Shown here: in pieces, positions 54,929 through 64,000 of the stretch
Numbering within the stretch: position 1 is the stretch's first letter
Layout of the letters: each line of letters begins with the position of its first letter
Virus record (IMG/VR): IMGVR_UViG_2775507210_000003
DNA: 64,000 nt
DNA from: an uncultured virus (IMG/VR IMGVR_UViG_2775507210_000003)
Taxonomy: Duplodnaviria > Heunggongvirae > Uroviricota > Caudoviricetes
Direction: 5' to 3' (one strand)
Notes under the pieces: model-generated
The model's database searches: none
Told to the model about the DNA's origin: nothing
Seen by the model: only the letters and a program-made list of their open reading frames with translations
Made by a program: the position numbers and the translations under genes

Positions 54929-55960
54929 ATGCCAAAGGATATACAGCCTTACCCTGTTGTTTCCGAAAAAGCCATGCTGTTCGCGGACGATGGCGTCGAA
55001 GTCAGCTTGAGATTCGATCCCGAGGAGCAGTCGATTTGGGCTACTTACCAAAACATCGCTGACCTCTTCGGGGTGGATGTTTCGGTCGCGAAAAAACACG
55101 TAAAAAATGTCTACGTCGATGAAGAGCTAGAGAAGATAGCAACTAGTGCAAAATTTGCACTAGTTCAAATTGAGGGTGGACGACCGGTTCAGAGAGAGGG
55201 CGTACTGCATTTCAATCTGGATATGATTATTTCCGTCGGCTATCGAGTGAACGCAAAGAGAGCGGTTCGGTTCCGTCAGTGGGCAACCAAGACTCTTAAG
55301 GCTTTCATTGAACAAGGCTACGTCATCAACGAGAAGGCTTTACGGGAGTCCCCCGAAAAGCTGAACCAGTTGGCGGCTGCCGTGCGAGCCCTTCGCTCGG
55401 AAGAGAAGCAGGTGTACGCCAAGGTCCGGGAGTGCTTCAAAATATGCTCCTCTGACTATGATCCTGGATCTAAGCAGGTCAGGAGTTTCTATGCGCTTCT
55501 GCAGGACAAGTTTCATCACGCAGTAACAGGCATGACGAGCTCCAAACTTATTCTCGATCGGGCCGATCATCATGCGGAAGGCATGGGCGTTCAGACGATG
55601 CGTGGCGATTTCCCTACGCTTGATGAAGCCAAGACGGGCAAAAATTACCTGCGTAGCGATGAGCTGTATCGACTGCACATCCTGTCGGAGCAATTCATGC
55701 TTTTCGCCGAGGGGACAGCGCTTGCGAAGCGCGAGATGACAATGGACTCTCTACACAAACAGCTAGATCGACTGCTGGTCCTCAACGACTATCCGGTTTT
55801 CAGCGGATATGAAGACTTCATCAAAGAGGAGGCGGTGAACCATGCAAAGCAAGAGCTCGGCCTCTATAAAAAACGCAAGAAGATCGAGGCTTTAGGTTAT
55901 GCGTACGACGAGGAAGCCCTGGCCGCTGGTGAGTATGACGAACTGCTGATCGAGCATTGA
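54929..55960 (+). CDS. RhuM-family DNA-binding protein
   Basis: IADLFGV, FNLDMIISVGYRVN...FRQWAT, QDKFHHAVTG.T, KNYL. Confidence 0.85.
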   Translation: MPKDIQPYPVVSEKAMLFADDGVEVSLRFDPEEQSIWATYQNIADLFGVDVSVAKKHVKNVYVDEELEKIATSAKFALVQIEGGRPVQREGVLHFNLDMIISVGYRVNAKRAVRFRQWATKTLKAFIEQGYVINEKALRESPEKLNQLAAAVRALRSEEKQVYAKVRECFKICSSDYDPGSKQVRSFYALLQDKFHHAVTGMTSSKLILDRADHHAEGMGVQTMRGDFPTLDEAKTGKNYLRSDELYRLHILSEQFMLFAEGTALAKREMTMDSLHKQLDRLLVLNDYPVFSGYEDFIKEEAVNHAKQELGLYKKRKKIEALGYAYDEEALAAGEYDELLIEH

Positions 55961-56021
55961 GGTATTGAGAGCTGGATAGTGACCCCTGTCCAGCTGCTCA
56001 TGTTGCCTCGGTGCAATATCA

Positions 56022-56873
56022 TTAAACCTTGCGAGCATTCCACACAAGAAGCACCTTGGCGTGGATCGTTACGTCGTCGATCCGTGCCTCTAGATCCTTG
56101 TTCTTAGGGTTGTCAGAGATCAGCCACACGTGATCTTCATCCTTCCGCTGCAAGCGCTTGATGAGCAGGTCGCCATGCCAGCTCAGCACGTATACCCCTT
56201 CACCTGCGTAGTCATTGACGCCACGGTCAACAATCACGGGATCCTTGTCGTTGATCGTGCCCTCCATGCTCTGGCCCCATCCAGTGATGATCGCCAGGGC
56301 TTGAGGGGAGGTGTAACTCACGCCCTTATCACGCAGCAGCTCCTCGCGAATGACCACGTTCCGGATTACTTCGTTGTACTCTGGAGGCAGCTGGCCATGG
56401 CCCATTGCGGCGCGTACGTCGTACTGTGGGATCGAGATATCGCCTTCTGTAGCTGTATTAACGGCAAGCAGATTGCTGCTGTCGCCTGACCCAGAAGGAT
56501 CAGCCTCTACAGCCTGGATTATTTTCCGGCGCGCCTCATCCGAAAGACCTTTGCCATGCTTCTCGAGCATGCGTTGAACCAAATCCGCCGATGACGTTGG
56601 TGCAGACTGACGACTGATCCCCGTCGGTCCAAGGTCACGCTTGCGCGGCGGCTCGTCTTTGCCTGAAAGAAGCCAGTCCACAGTTGTGTCGTAGCCATCT
56701 GCGATTGCTACTAGGTTCTCGTTTTTGATGTTCTCGGTGTCACCCGCAAACCACTGGCGAACGGCTTCGTAGCTGATGCCGCATGTGGTTGCAATGTCTC
56801 GTTTCACGCTACGAACGCCGATCGTGGGCTTCCTTGCGAGTACGAGTTTCGTGATTCGGTCAGTGATTTTCAT
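56022..56873 (-). CDS. CI-like repressor (HTH + S24 autopeptidase)
   Basis: CGISYEAVRQW HTH; AMG cleavage site, GQSME, IKRL. Confidence 0.9.
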   Translation of the reverse strand: MKITDRITKLVLARKPTIGVRSVKRDIATTCGISYEAVRQWFAGDTENIKNENLVAIADGYDTTVDWLLSGKDEPPRKRDLGPTGISRQSAPTSSADLVQRMLEKHGKGLSDEARRKIIQAVEADPSGSGDSSNLLAVNTATEGDISIPQYDVRAAMGHGQLPPEYNEVIRNVVIREELLRDKGVSYTSPQALAIITGWGQSMEGTINDKDPVIVDRGVNDYAGEGVYVLSWHGDLLIKRLQRKDEDHVWLISDNPKNKDLEARIDDVTIHAKVLLVWNARKV

Positions 56874-56885
56874 GAGGGCAATCTA

Positions 56886-56933
56886 CAAGAGTGCTTGTCA
56901 AGCATGCTTGTTTTGTAAATACAAGCATGCTTG
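56886..56933. promoter_or_regulatory. Putative OR operators, prophage 2
   Basis: CAAGAGTGCTTG (56886) and perfect palindrome CAAGCATGCTTG at 56899 and 56922. Confidence 0.75.
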
Positions 56934-56961
56934 AATATGAAGGCAAGCAAAGGAGGTCGTC

Positions 56962-57138
56962 ATGACCAAAAACCAAGCAATTCAACATTTCGGGTCCATC
57001 TCGGTGTTGGCCAAAGCTCTTGGTGTCACCTATGAGGCAATTCGCCAGTGGGGTGAGGTACCGGAGCTGCGGCAGTACCAGATTGAGCGAATTACCAAGG
57101 GTGCCCTCAAGGCTAAGCAAAAGGGCGAAGCTGCCTGA
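56962..57138 (+). CDS. Cro-like repressor (58 aa, not in ORF track)
   Basis: AAGGAGG RBS; MTKNQAIQHFGSISVLAKALGVTYEAIRQWGEVPELRQYQIE; helix matches CI YEAVRQW. Confidence 0.88.
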   Translation: MTKNQAIQHFGSISVLAKALGVTYEAIRQWGEVPELRQYQIERITKGALKAKQKGEAA

Positions 57139-57203
57139 GCACGAACCAAATTATCTGCCGGCAGGCATTACGCCACCACTGAAACAGAACTGGGATTTTA
57201 CGA

Positions 57204-57626
57204 ATGGACAAGTTTTTGCGGGCCTGCCACGACGCAGTAAAGGACAACGATGCCAAGACCCTGAGCGCAAAGATGGGCGTTCCCCACGTCAGTCTGCTGC
57301 AGCGCGCTAACCCGGATAACGATGCTCACCACCTGACCATCGAGCATCTGTTCGGGATTCTCCTGCATACCGAAGACATGCGTCCGCTGAAGGCGCTGGC
57401 GGATTCGTTCGGTTTCGACCTGGTAGCGAAGGAAGCACCAGTTCCCAAGGCGCTCACTGCAGCAATGATCAGCGTCGGTAAGGAAGTAGCCGAGCTGACT
57501 ATCGCTGTGCACGTCGCACTTGAGGACAACCACGTTTCCCAGATCGAGAAAGCCCAGATCAGTAAAGAGATTGATCACGTCCGCAAGAGCCTGGACGAGA
57601 TGGCGGCATCGGTTAAGGCCGCCTGA
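57204..57626 (+). CDS. Phage regulatory CII/YmfL-family protein
   Basis: LLQRANPDND.HHLT; position after cro. Confidence 0.75.
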   Translation: MDKFLRACHDAVKDNDAKTLSAKMGVPHVSLLQRANPDNDAHHLTIEHLFGILLHTEDMRPLKALADSFGFDLVAKEAPVPKALTAAMISVGKEVAELTIAVHVALEDNHVSQIEKAQISKEIDHVRKSLDEMAASVKAA

Positions 57627-57895
57627 TCGCGAGCCACAGCAGCACCGAAACACCATCGGCGGGGGCCGATGAGCAACAACGGCGTAGTCGGCAGTTGAGC
57701 CGCTCGCACCAGGAAGACCATTAAGGGGAAGGAAATGGACGGCAGTACATCAGGACGCGCGGGGACATTGAACGCTGAGGGCGGTAGCTCAGTCGGCGGG
57801 ATTGGTCACGTCTGCGGGAAAGCAATTGCCTGAATCGCAGGCACAAAAAAGCCGGTGGCTAGACCGGCTTCTTCAACAACATCGTGGAGTCGATT

Positions 57896-58645
57896 ATGCA
57901 CACTGCAATCGATGCAGGCAATAGCGCCACTGTCGCGTCAGGTTCTGGCATCACCGCGAATCTATCGCGTCAGGTCATGTCGTCGCGAGAGATCGCCGAG
58001 CTGACCGGAAAGCGTCACCCTGACGTCAAGCGCGACATCCAGGCCATGGCGAAAGACTTGAAGGAAGATGTGAGCAGTTTTGCGCGCATCTATCTTGACG
58101 GTATGAACCGCCAGCAGACCGAGTACCTGCTGGACCGGGAGCACACCGACTGCCTGCTGACTGGCTATAGCGCTGGCCTGCGCATGAAGGTGATTCGCCG
58201 CTGGCATGAGCTGGAGGGCAGGGTGGTCGCTCACCTTCATGTGCCGACGAACTTCGCCGAGGCCCTGCGCCTGGCTGCTGAGCAGGCCGAACAGAATCAG
58301 CAACTCCAGCAGGTCATCGAAAAGCAGGCCCCGAAGGTAGCTGCTATCCAGCGTCTCGCTGGCGCTGGCGGAGCGATCTGCATCACTGACGCGGCCAAGC
58401 ACCTGCAAGTTCCGCCCTCGAAGCTATTCGCCTGGCTACAGCAGCATCGCTGGATCTTCCATCGCAACGGATCGACGCGCTGGATCGCTTATCAGCCTCG
58501 CATCAGCGCCGGTCTGATGGTCCACAAGGTCACCGCCCTGAAGCCGGATGCCGAAACCGGTGCCGATCGCGCTGCGTATCAACCCCTCGTCACCCCGAAA
58601 GGCCTTGCTCTGCTGGCCGAAAAGAATATTGGAGCCTCGCTGTGA
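57896..58645 (+). CDS. Rha/KilAC antirepressor-like protein
   Basis: MSSREIAELTGKRH..V.RDI; PTNFAEALRLAA; LVTPKGL. Confidence 0.85.
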   Translation: MHTAIDAGNSATVASGSGITANLSRQVMSSREIAELTGKRHPDVKRDIQAMAKDLKEDVSSFARIYLDGMNRQQTEYLLDREHTDCLLTGYSAGLRMKVIRRWHELEGRVVAHLHVPTNFAEALRLAAEQAEQNQQLQQVIEKQAPKVAAIQRLAGAGGAICITDAAKHLQVPPSKLFAWLQQHRWIFHRNGSTRWIAYQPRISAGLMVHKVTALKPDAETGADRAAYQPLVTPKGLALLAEKNIGASL

Positions 58646-59424
58646 GTGTTCAAGCTATGACCTGGGCGCTCTCTCGTCGCGACCTCGGGAAAGACTCAAG
58701 CGCACGCCACGTGCTGCTGTGCCTTGCCAACTATGCCGGTACCGATGGCCGTGGCGCCTTCCCATCGGCCAAGACCTTGACCGAAGACACGGGCCTCTCT
58801 GAGCGCACTGTGCGGTCGAAGCTGGATCTACTGGAAGAGAAGGGCTTGATCGTTCGAGGTAACCAGGCACTGGCTGCTGTGTACATCGATCGTCACGACC
58901 GCCGCCCTGTGGTTTACGACCTCCAGATCAAGCGGGGTGCAGTGGCTGCACCTCGTAACGAACGGGGTGCAACTGACGACACGGGGTGCAACGTACAGCA
59001 GAACGGGGTGCAATCTACGACAGAACGGGGTGCAGCCATTGCACCCAATCCGTCACTTAACCATCAAGTAACCGAAGAGCAGCAGCCGCGCGAGTTGCAG
59101 GATGTGATCGCCGATCAAGATCGCCAGGCGCTGGAGTCCCAGGACTACCTGCAGCGGTTCGCCATGTTCGCCGAATGGAATCCACCGGTCGACAAGGTGT
59201 CCGTCCAACTGACCCTGGCCGGCCTCACCCTCGAAGCGCTCACCGAAGAGGCGCTGAAGGGCTTCCTGGGCTTCTTCGTCGCTAGACCCAAGGTGTTCGA
59301 CAGCAATGGCGGCTGGTGCTTCCGTCTGGCCAAGTGGCTCAAGAGCGAGAAGGCCAAGGCTGCAGCCGAAGCAGAACTGGACGAGACCAAATCCAACTGG
59401 GCACAGAAGGGGGTGCGCCTGTGA
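58642..59424 (+). CDS. Replication initiator (O-like, N-terminal HTH)
   Basis: VLLCLANYA...AFPS...TGLSERTV; internal iterons. Confidence 0.8.
   Translation: MSVQAMTWALSRRDLGKDSSARHVLLCLANYAGTDGRGAFPSAKTLTEDTGLSERTVRSKLDLLEEKGLIVRGNQALAAVYIDRHDRRPVVYDLQIKRGAVAAPRNERGATDDTGCNVQQNGVQSTTERGAAIAPNPSLNHQVTEEQQPRELQDVIADQDRQALESQDYLQRFAMFAEWNPPVDKVSVQLTLAGLTLEALTEEALKGFLGFFVARPKVFDSNGGWCFRLAKWLKSEKAKAAAEAELDETKSNWAQKGVRL
58933..59046. repeat. Iterons within initiator gene (origin of prophage 2)
   Basis: CGGGGTGCA at 58933, 58963, 58982, 59004, 59026; inverted TGCACCC at 59040. Confidence 0.75.
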
Positions 59425-60089
59425 CCGCGACCAATGTTCGACAACTCCTCGCCAGTCGCAAAACCGATCCAACCTACCAGCCACCGGCTGAGCCAGGCCA
59501 TGTACCGATTGATCCAGCAACCCAGCAGGTCATTGAGGATTTGTTCCTACGGTTGCGCGGCGCCTGCGGCGCTTGGCGCCAATCTTGGCCAACACCTTCC
59601 GTGATGGATGCGGCCAAGCTGGAATGGCTCGGCGAGTTCATGCGTTCCGGGATCACTCGCCTCGAGCAGATCGACCACGGCATGCGCGTGCTGAGCGCGA
59701 GCAAGTCCGCGTTCGTTCCGGCGCCGGGCGTGTTCGTCAGCTGGTGCTTCGCGCCGGAAGGCTTGGGCCTGCCCAGCGTCGAAAAGGCCTACGCCCAAGG
59801 CCTGCGCAACTGCCATCCAGCTATGCGTGGATCGGCGAAGTGGATGCATCCAGCCGTTTACCACGCAACTGCTGCCGCCGGTTTCCATAGTCTGCCGCTG
59901 ATGTCGCGTGAGCTCGGGCTGAGCTGCTTCGAGAAGCACTACCTGGCGCAGTGCCGGAAGATTTGGAAAGGCGAGAGCCTGGGGCCGGTACCGGTCGCCG
60001 AGCTTGCTGCACCGCCCGCGCCACGCACTCTCGATGTGGGGCGTGCCGCGCTGCAGGCGCTGCGTGCGGGTCGAGGTGCACGCGCATGA
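59421..60089 (+). CDS. Replication protein P-like helicase loader
   Basis: W...F...GI...QI..G...F.P.PG.F..WC. Confidence 0.8.
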   Translation: MTATNVRQLLASRKTDPTYQPPAEPGHVPIDPATQQVIEDLFLRLRGACGAWRQSWPTPSVMDAAKLEWLGEFMRSGITRLEQIDHGMRVLSASKSAFVPAPGVFVSWCFAPEGLGLPSVEKAYAQGLRNCHPAMRGSAKWMHPAVYHATAAAGFHSLPLMSRELGLSCFEKHYLAQCRKIWKGESLGPVPVAELAAPPAPRTLDVGRAALQALRAGRGARA

Positions 60090-60289
60090 CCGATCCGATG
60101 CTGGCTGCGCCTGACCTCACTGAGTACCGCTGGGCGCTATACGCCTGCGGTCACCTGCTGGACCTCACCAATAAGCCCCAGCCGCCTGTTGGCCTGTACC
60201 GCGACGAAGCGTCGGCGCGAATTCATGGCCTGCGTATGTGGCCATCCACTTTCACTGTCATCGATCTTCACGGAGACGACCGCCCATGA
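60086..60289 (+). CDS. Phage hypothetical protein
   Basis: ATGA coupling at both ends. Confidence 0.55.
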   Translation: MTDPMLAAPDLTEYRWALYACGHLLDLTNKPQPPVGLYRDEASARIHGLRMWPSTFTVIDLHGDDRP

Positions 60290-60582
60290 AGCAATCCAAG
60301 CTGACCAAAGCCGCGCGCGGTCGGGAGTGCCAGGTGCGCATTCCAGGCGTTTGCAACGGCAATCCCGAAACCACCGTGCTGGCCCATTACCGGATGTCCG
60401 GCACCTGCGGCGTCGGCATGAAGCCGAATGACCTGCAGGGTGCTCATGCTTGCAGCGCCTGCCATGACGCTTGTGATGGCCGCAGCAACGTTGTCGACCG
60501 TGAGACGGCTCGCCAATACCACGCCGAGGGTGTCATGCGCACGCAGGCCGTCCTGATCCGTGAGGGGGTAATTGCTGCATGA
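60286..60582 (+). CDS. DUF1364 family zinc-binding protein
   Basis: ARGRECQVRIPGVCNGNPETTVLAHYR...CSACHD. Confidence 0.85.
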   Translation: MKQSKLTKAARGRECQVRIPGVCNGNPETTVLAHYRMSGTCGVGMKPNDLQGAHACSACHDACDGRSNVVDRETARQYHAEGVMRTQAVLIREGVIAA

Positions 60583-61007
60583 AGACCGCCAAGCCAGCGC
60601 TATTCGGTACGAAGAAGCCCCGTGCCAAGCCTGTCGACCGCGAAGGCCTGGAGCAGGCCGCGCTGATGCGGGAAATCGAGCTCCGCTACCCGCAGGTCTT
60701 TGAGCTGATCTACCACGTGCCGAATGGTGGTCACCGGCACAAGCTGGTGGCGGCCAAGTTGAAGCAGCAGGGTGTGAAGGCCGGTATCCCTGACCTGGTG
60801 CTGACCATGGCGCGTGGTGGTTTCTTCGGCCTGTACATCGAGTTCAAGGCAACCATTGAGCCTGCCCCCGTGTCGGCCAGTCAGTCGGCCTGCTTGCGCC
60901 GGTTGAATGAGCAGGGCTATCTGGCGGTCGTTTGCCGGGGGCACTTCGATGCCATGGAGCAGATCCGGGCATATCTGCGCATGGCGCCGACCAAGGTGGC
61001 CGCATGA
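60579..61007 (+). CDS. VRR-NUC domain nuclease
   Basis: HVPNGG, GVKAGIPDL, IEFK. Confidence 0.85.
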   Translation: MKTAKPALFGTKKPRAKPVDREGLEQAALMREIELRYPQVFELIYHVPNGGHRHKLVAAKLKQQGVKAGIPDLVLTMARGGFFGLYIEFKATIEPAPVSASQSACLRRLNEQGYLAVVCRGHFDAMEQIRAYLRMAPTKVAA

Positions 61008-62305
61008 GTGCGACGCGGGAAGTGAAGTTCAGCGAGGCCGAGCTGCGCCGCCAGGCTTCCGATAGGTCTGTGCGCGACCTACGCGATCCTCGCCACCCGG
61101 GCCTATACCTGCGCTTCTGGAGTACTCGCGACCGTGGCACCTGGCATCTGGTGCGCGGTAAGCGGTGGGTGCCAATCGCTCGCTGGCCAGACCTGAGCGT
61201 TGCGGCGGTGCTGGAGGTGCTGCCGGCACTGCGGCAACGCCTGATGCGTGACCCAGCCACTGCGCCGGTTGCTTCGGGCATGGATACCGTTGGCCGGCTA
61301 CTGGACTGGTACGGTGACCGGATGTCCCGTGACCGCTCGCTGTCGGCCAAGCGTAAGGCCGGCGCTCGCTCCGCCATCGCCCGGCACCTGAAGCCGCGCC
61401 TGCATTACTTGACGATGGTTGATGTCTGTGCCGACAGCCTCGACAAGCTTCTGATGTGGCCGTGTCAGGCCGAAGTGTCGCTATCGTACCTGCGCCAGAT
61501 GTTCGCGCTGCTGCTGACTGCCTTCCGCCAGGCCCTGCAGTTGGGCCTCATCGATCGCAACCCCATGGCCGGGATGCGCTTTAGTGATTTCACCAAGGCC
61601 AAGATCCTGCCCAAGGCAGCGCGCCTGCGAGACGTGCAGCTTCCTGAGGTGATTCAGAAGCTGGTCCAGGCGTTCGATGCAGCGCCCGGTGACGCCATGC
61701 TCGCCCTGATGATGCTTGCCCACGGCACGCGGATCGGTGAAACCCGCCGTGCGCGCTGGAGTGACATCTCGCTGGCAGCGGCCGAGTGGTTCATCCCCGC
61801 AGCGCACACGAAGACCCGCACCGAGCACCGCTTGCCGCTGACTGCTCAGCTCAGGGCGCTGCTGGTCCGCTATCGAGCTATCCAGCAGGCTCATGGTTAC
61901 GATGGAGCCTACCTGTTCCCGAGCCGCCGTGGTCAGCCGCTGAGTGAGGCTCAGGCCAGTGCCGTGTTCACCCGGCTGGGGAAGGGCGCCTGGACCAGCC
62001 ATGACCTGCGCAAGGTCTCCCGCACCACCTGGACCGACCTCGGTATCGACGGTCATATCGGCGAGATGCTGCTCAACCACTCGCTAGGCAAGATTGCCAG
62101 CACTTACATCCACACCCAGGCTATGCAGCAGCGCAGAGCGGCTCTGGAAAAGTGGCACGCGTGGCTTGACGGTATCGGCTTCAGCGCCATTCACGGCCTT
62201 AAAGAGGCCTTATCCGAGATTTCACGGAATCGCATGCAGCCCGCTAATGGCGCAGCTTCAAGCAACCTTACCGAATTTGTTATTAGCGAGGATTCAAAGG
62301 CATGA
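61004..62305 (+). CDS. Second tyrosine recombinase (integrase-like)
   Basis: GTRIGE, HTKT, SHDLRK, LNHS, STY: full R-K-H-R-H-Y set. Confidence 0.85.
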   Translation: MSATREVKFSEAELRRQASDRSVRDLRDPRHPGLYLRFWSTRDRGTWHLVRGKRWVPIARWPDLSVAAVLEVLPALRQRLMRDPATAPVASGMDTVGRLLDWYGDRMSRDRSLSAKRKAGARSAIARHLKPRLHYLTMVDVCADSLDKLLMWPCQAEVSLSYLRQMFALLLTAFRQALQLGLIDRNPMAGMRFSDFTKAKILPKAARLRDVQLPEVIQKLVQAFDAAPGDAMLALMMLAHGTRIGETRRARWSDISLAAAEWFIPAAHTKTRTEHRLPLTAQLRALLVRYRAIQQAHGYDGAYLFPSRRGQPLSEAQASAVFTRLGKGAWTSHDLRKVSRTTWTDLGIDGHIGEMLLNHSLGKIASTYIHTQAMQQRRAALEKWHAWLDGIGFSAIHGLKEALSEISRNRMQPANGAASSNLTEFVISEDSKA

Positions 62306-62619
62306 AAAAGAGCCATGGCCCCGCCTTCCGCAAGCAGGTGATCGAACTGGCCCAGTGCCCAGCATGCCGGGGGGTGGCGGTCATCGAAGGGGTGTTTCAC
62401 GAGATGGCCTGCGTGCAGTGCAACGCCTCTGGCTGGGTAGTGGCAGCGACTGGTGAGGCGCTACCGGTGGATGAGCTGGTCACCCAGTTGAGCCTTCGTT
62501 TGCAGGCTGCTCAGCGGCAGATCGAACAGTTGAATAAGCCAGTGCTCATGGGGCCGGCTGCGCAGTACCAACAGAACAACCGTCGCGGTGCCGGCGGAAC
62601 GAATTACACCGGGGATTGA
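62302..62619 (+). CDS. Zinc-finger hypothetical protein
   Basis: CPAC.G and CVQC..SG. Confidence 0.65.
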   Translation: MKKSHGPAFRKQVIELAQCPACRGVAVIEGVFHEMACVQCNASGWVVAATGEALPVDELVTQLSLRLQAAQRQIEQLNKPVLMGPAAQYQQNNRRGAGGTNYTGD

Positions 62620-62629
62620 GGGGAAGGAC

Positions 62630-63316
62630 ATGATCTATAGCAGCGTATCGGGGGCGGTAGTCGCGGCATTGGCAGCAGGCGAGAAGGGCGCTGCAAAAGG
62701 GCAGGCATGGCAGAAGCTGTATAAGGCCGCCGAAGAGGAGGCCGGCTGCCTGGCCTCGTTGAGCAGTCCTTCACATGGTCTGGATCGTACCCAGGTGGAT
62801 TACTGGCTTTCGGCGCGCCTGCATCACCTGCTGATCCCGCGACACTGGGATGCCCTGGTGGCGAAGTACAGCACCAGTAAGGTGAAGAAGGTTCAGGCGA
62901 TCACGGCGGTGAGGCCTCTTATTGCCAGCCCGGCACCACAGCTATTCATCTACAAGGCGGTGACGGCCTGGGCGATCCCGAAGTTGAAGGGCGCTCGTCG
63001 AAAGGCCCCGCGCTCGGTGTCAATTGAGGTCCCGCTGGACGCTTCACCATGGCGCCGGGAGGCGACGGTAAATGCTGCAGTCGCTGCAGGTCAGGCAGAG
63101 AGGCGCCGGATCGAGGCGCTGGAAGAGGATGTGATCATTCTGGCGGACAGCTTCTACGACATGAACACCTGGGACCTGGACGCTACATCCGAGCCAACAC
63201 GGCGCCGCTGGAGAGCGCAAATCAACGAGAAGCTCGACGGCATGGTAGATGACGCCCTGGCTGAGGTGCGGGTGATTCTGGAGGCCGAAGGCCTGCTGAT
63301 GAAAGACGCCGCATGA
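62630..63316 (+). CDS. Putative late antiterminator (Q-position protein)
   Basis: Last early-right gene; followed by promoter and terminator. Confidence 0.55.
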   Translation: MIYSSVSGAVVAALAAGEKGAAKGQAWQKLYKAAEEEAGCLASLSSPSHGLDRTQVDYWLSARLHHLLIPRHWDALVAKYSTSKVKKVQAITAVRPLIASPAPQLFIYKAVTAWAIPKLKGARRKAPRSVSIEVPLDASPWRREATVNAAVAAGQAERRRIEALEEDVIILADSFYDMNTWDLDATSEPTRRRWRAQINEKLDGMVDDALAEVRVILEAEGLLMKDAA

Positions 63317-63323
63317 TTGCTTG

Positions 63324-63352
63324 TTGACATCAGTGAGCAACTGAGCGAAATT
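63324..63352 (+). promoter_or_regulatory. Putative late promoter (pR'-like)
   Basis: TTGACA, 17-bp spacer, GAAATT. Confidence 0.45.
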
Positions 63353-63394
63353 ATCCCCATCCTGTCATTCCTGCGCGTGTTGAGGAGTGGCTCT

Positions 63395-63424
63395 AAAAAA
63401 CCCGGCCATCGTGTCGGGTTTTTT
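63395..63424 (+). terminator. Rho-independent terminator (tR'-like)
   Basis: AAAAAACCCGGC-catcgt-GTCGGGTTTTTT. Confidence 0.7.
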
Positions 63425-63702
63425 GTTACTAAGGTGGTCTCCCATCTGTCGAAAATTTTCGTTTTTCGACATCCGCGCCACGAAATCATTAATTTGCAAA
63501 TTGTGGCGCGAACATCGCGGATTAGAGACAACTTTGAGGGCATAGTGACACTATGTCACCGAAATATCGGCCGAACAGCGCTAATTTCCCTCGAAATTGG
63601 ATAGAACTCCCCCTAGATTTGCTAGTCGAAACGTTGCATAACGTAGATACGTGACGCAGAATGCGCCCCGTTTTTGCAACCGACTGCCTCAAGGAGAGGG
63701 AC

Positions 63703-63873
63703 ATGACTCTGGATTTCAGAACGTTACGCTTGGTTTTTTCGGGCGCGATCGTTGGCGTAGCGATCGCCGGTCTGCTTGGCTTCGACACTTCGTCCTTTGG
63801 GGCGGCTGGTGTGGCCTCCCTCATTGGTGCAGGCGGCACCGTTGCCGCGCTGAAATTTGTGGCCATCATCTGA
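63703..63873 (+). CDS. Small membrane protein (56 aa)
   Basis: AAGGAGAGG RBS; two hydrophobic Gly-rich helices. Confidence 0.55.
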   Translation: MTLDFRTLRLVFSGAIVGVAIAGLLGFDTSSFGAAGVASLIGAGGTVAALKFVAII

Positions 63874-64000
63874 AATGCCTCTCGACTTGGGCCTAGATGC
63901 CTGGACTGTTGTAGTAGGCTTCATTGCGGTGGTCCTGCGATATTTGATGCAGGGATTCAGCGTTAAGAAGGATGAGTGCGTGGTCGCTTTTCTGAATGGC

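Larger units (their letters stand above)
43291..64000. mobile_element. Prophage 2 (lambdoid early, immunity and replication regions; runs beyond window)
   Basis: att copy, integrase, early genes, cI/cro, O/P-like replication, Q-like gene. Confidence 0.92.

Overview
Pseudomonas-type chromosomal window made up almost entirely of two tandem prophages at a tRNA-Cys(GCA) gene (153-226). The tRNA 3' part is repeated exactly (52 bp) at 179-230 and 43291-43342. Prophage 1 (~179-43342, ~43 kb) looks complete. It has an integrase, a CI/Cro switch, a prim-pol/helicase replicase with an iteron-like array, a lambda-like head, a P2-like contractile tail, GH19 endolysin plus spanins, and an SOS-boxed Dam-like MTase/SRAP/umuDC block. 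Its AT-rich right end carries candidate defence cargo (a 470-aa coiled-coil/HicA-like protein and RloA/RloB behind a (TTTGC)11 repeat) mixed with relics of another prophage. Prophage 2 (43291 to beyond the window end) shows integrase, early, immunity, replication and Q-like regions. The main discovery is a complete diversity-generating retroelement (DGR) in the early left operon of prophage 2: RT, Avd, one 101-bp template repeat and TWO tandem small DUF1566/C-type-lectin-like target genes. Their variable repeats differ from the template at 16 and 15 positions, every one a template adenine. Other unannotated signals include an RF2-like CUU-UGA-C +1 frameshift site in the tail chaperone gene, a tRNA-like kissing-loop RNA, and a phage-borne csrA/rsmA. 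All protein family calls come from motif recognition, not database searches.
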